Both the position numbers and the translations under genes were made by a program. A DNA stretch of 64,000 bases, taken from Mobula hypostoma (lineage: Eukaryota). The notes below the pieces were generated by a model. It had not been told where the DNA came from, did not search any database, and was given only the letters and a program-made list of their open reading frames with translations. The stretch lies in assembly GCF_963921235.1 (NCBI RefSeq), contig NC_086097.1, positions 84,136,001-84,200,000 on the forward strand. Reading direction: 5' to 3'. Of this stretch, positions 62,732 to 64,000 are shown piece by piece (the first letter of the stretch is position 1; every line of letters begins with the position of its first letter).

Positions 62732-62816
62732 TCTGGGCTGGTTTGCATTAGATATGGTTCTTTTTTACTCGACAGTAGAAATAGTGTGACGTTGATGGAA
62801 CCTTTGAAACAGGTGG
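62732..62816. repeat. Diverged duplicated element, copy B
   Basis: Shares CATTAGATATGGT and GTTGRTGGAACCT...AAACAGGTGG with copy A at identical spacing. Confidence 0.75.
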
Positions 62817-64000
62817 GTTGAATTGTATGGTGTAGGGTCAATAATAAAAGCAAAGAGAGATCCGAGAAAGGGAAATGAGGCAGGAGAGAAACTATGGCAT
62901 ATAGTTAGGCACTCATAGCAGGGACAATGAAAGAAATGATGGTAGTGAAAGAAAACGGACTAGATCTTGAATGTGCTCAAAACATGGCTGGTTTTAGCCA
63001 CTGGCTAAACTAAAAGATTGAGCAGACTGATAGTAAACACTGTAAATAAACTGCGTAGGGAATATTCATCAGAGTGGCGCAGCATCTGGAGAGAGGAAAA
63101 CAGAATGAACAGGTCGACGACCTTTCAGCACAGTTGGATGGGATTACAGATCCAGGTTTTAAACAAGTTCAGTATCAGGAAAAGGTGAAAGGGAAGAGAG
63201 GGCAAGAAGCAACTGGAAATCCAGTGAAATTAACTGGATGTCAGAATGCAAAGTGAATGGTGACGGAGGAAGGAAAAGGAGGGGAGCAGAAAATGGGAAT
63301 AAAAACTGCAGATTCTGGAAATCTAAAACAAAACTGAAAAGTGCTGCAAGTGCTCGGCAAATCAGGCCACATCTGTGGGAAGAGAAACAAAGTTAATGTT
63401 TCAGATCAAAGACCTTTTGTCAGAGCTGCAAAAGAGACAAAAGGCAATTGAAAAGGGAAGGTGAAGTATAGGGTATGACGTTTCTGATAGGGTTCAACCA
63501 GGGTAAGCTGTAAACTGTAAACCAGGTTATGAGTGAATCTAACAGTTAGAGAATGAGAACAAAGACAAAAGAATGTGGAAGTTGCAAAATGCAGAACAGG
63601 AAGACATCAGAATCAAGTTTATTATCACCAGCATGTGTCGTGAAATTTGTTAACTTAGCAGCAGCAGTTCAATGCAATATGTAATATAGAAGAAAATAAA
63701 TCAATCAATCTATTACAGTATATGTATATTGAAAAGTATCACATCCTTCAAATGTTAAAATCCAGATTTGACTAGGTAGTTATCTAAAGGGCAATGAGTT
63801 GTCTTATCCATTCCAGTAGGACTGGATGGATGATAGTTGAAGCATACAAAGAACCAAAAACTTATCCATCCTCCATCAAGCACTGAAATATTAATCCTTT
63901 ACCAATAATGACCTATCCAATAATTAATGGAGTAATGTCTAGATCTTCTTCTCAGCCAGTCTCTTGACTTGCTTCCTTTCTGGTTTTCTGCATTCTGATA

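Overview
This is eukaryotic, repeat-saturated DNA (intronic or intergenic). I could not identify a host protein-coding exon, tRNA or rRNA gene. The repeat families suggest a cartilaginous fish, probably a ray or skate; that is an inference from CR1 LINEs with an esterase ORF1, V-SINE-like SINEs, Rex1/Babar and RTE LINE pieces, and Penelope-like elements (PLEs). Main contents: (1) A tail-to-tail pair of young CR1 copies at 27.6-34.6 kb, one a 5'-truncated copy with an open 653-aa RT frame and one near full length but frameshifted. (2) Two unrelated Ty3/Gypsy elements that keep gag, protease and the extreme pol C-terminus but lack RT, RNase H and integrase; one is complete with LTRs, PBS, PPT and TSD. 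(3) At least ten PLE insertions, several carrying minimal type I hammerhead ribozyme cores. Four of the insertions are inverted two-arm structures with 10-14 bp TSDs and a one-sided ~33-nt tail. (4) Solo LTRs, Tc1-, hAT- and Harbinger-derived non-autonomous DNA elements, and a 33-bp minisatellite. (5) An unexplained diverged 85-bp two-block duplication at 59.26 and 62.73 kb. All assignments are by eye from sequence motifs; no searches were run. Boundaries without a stated TSD are approximate.
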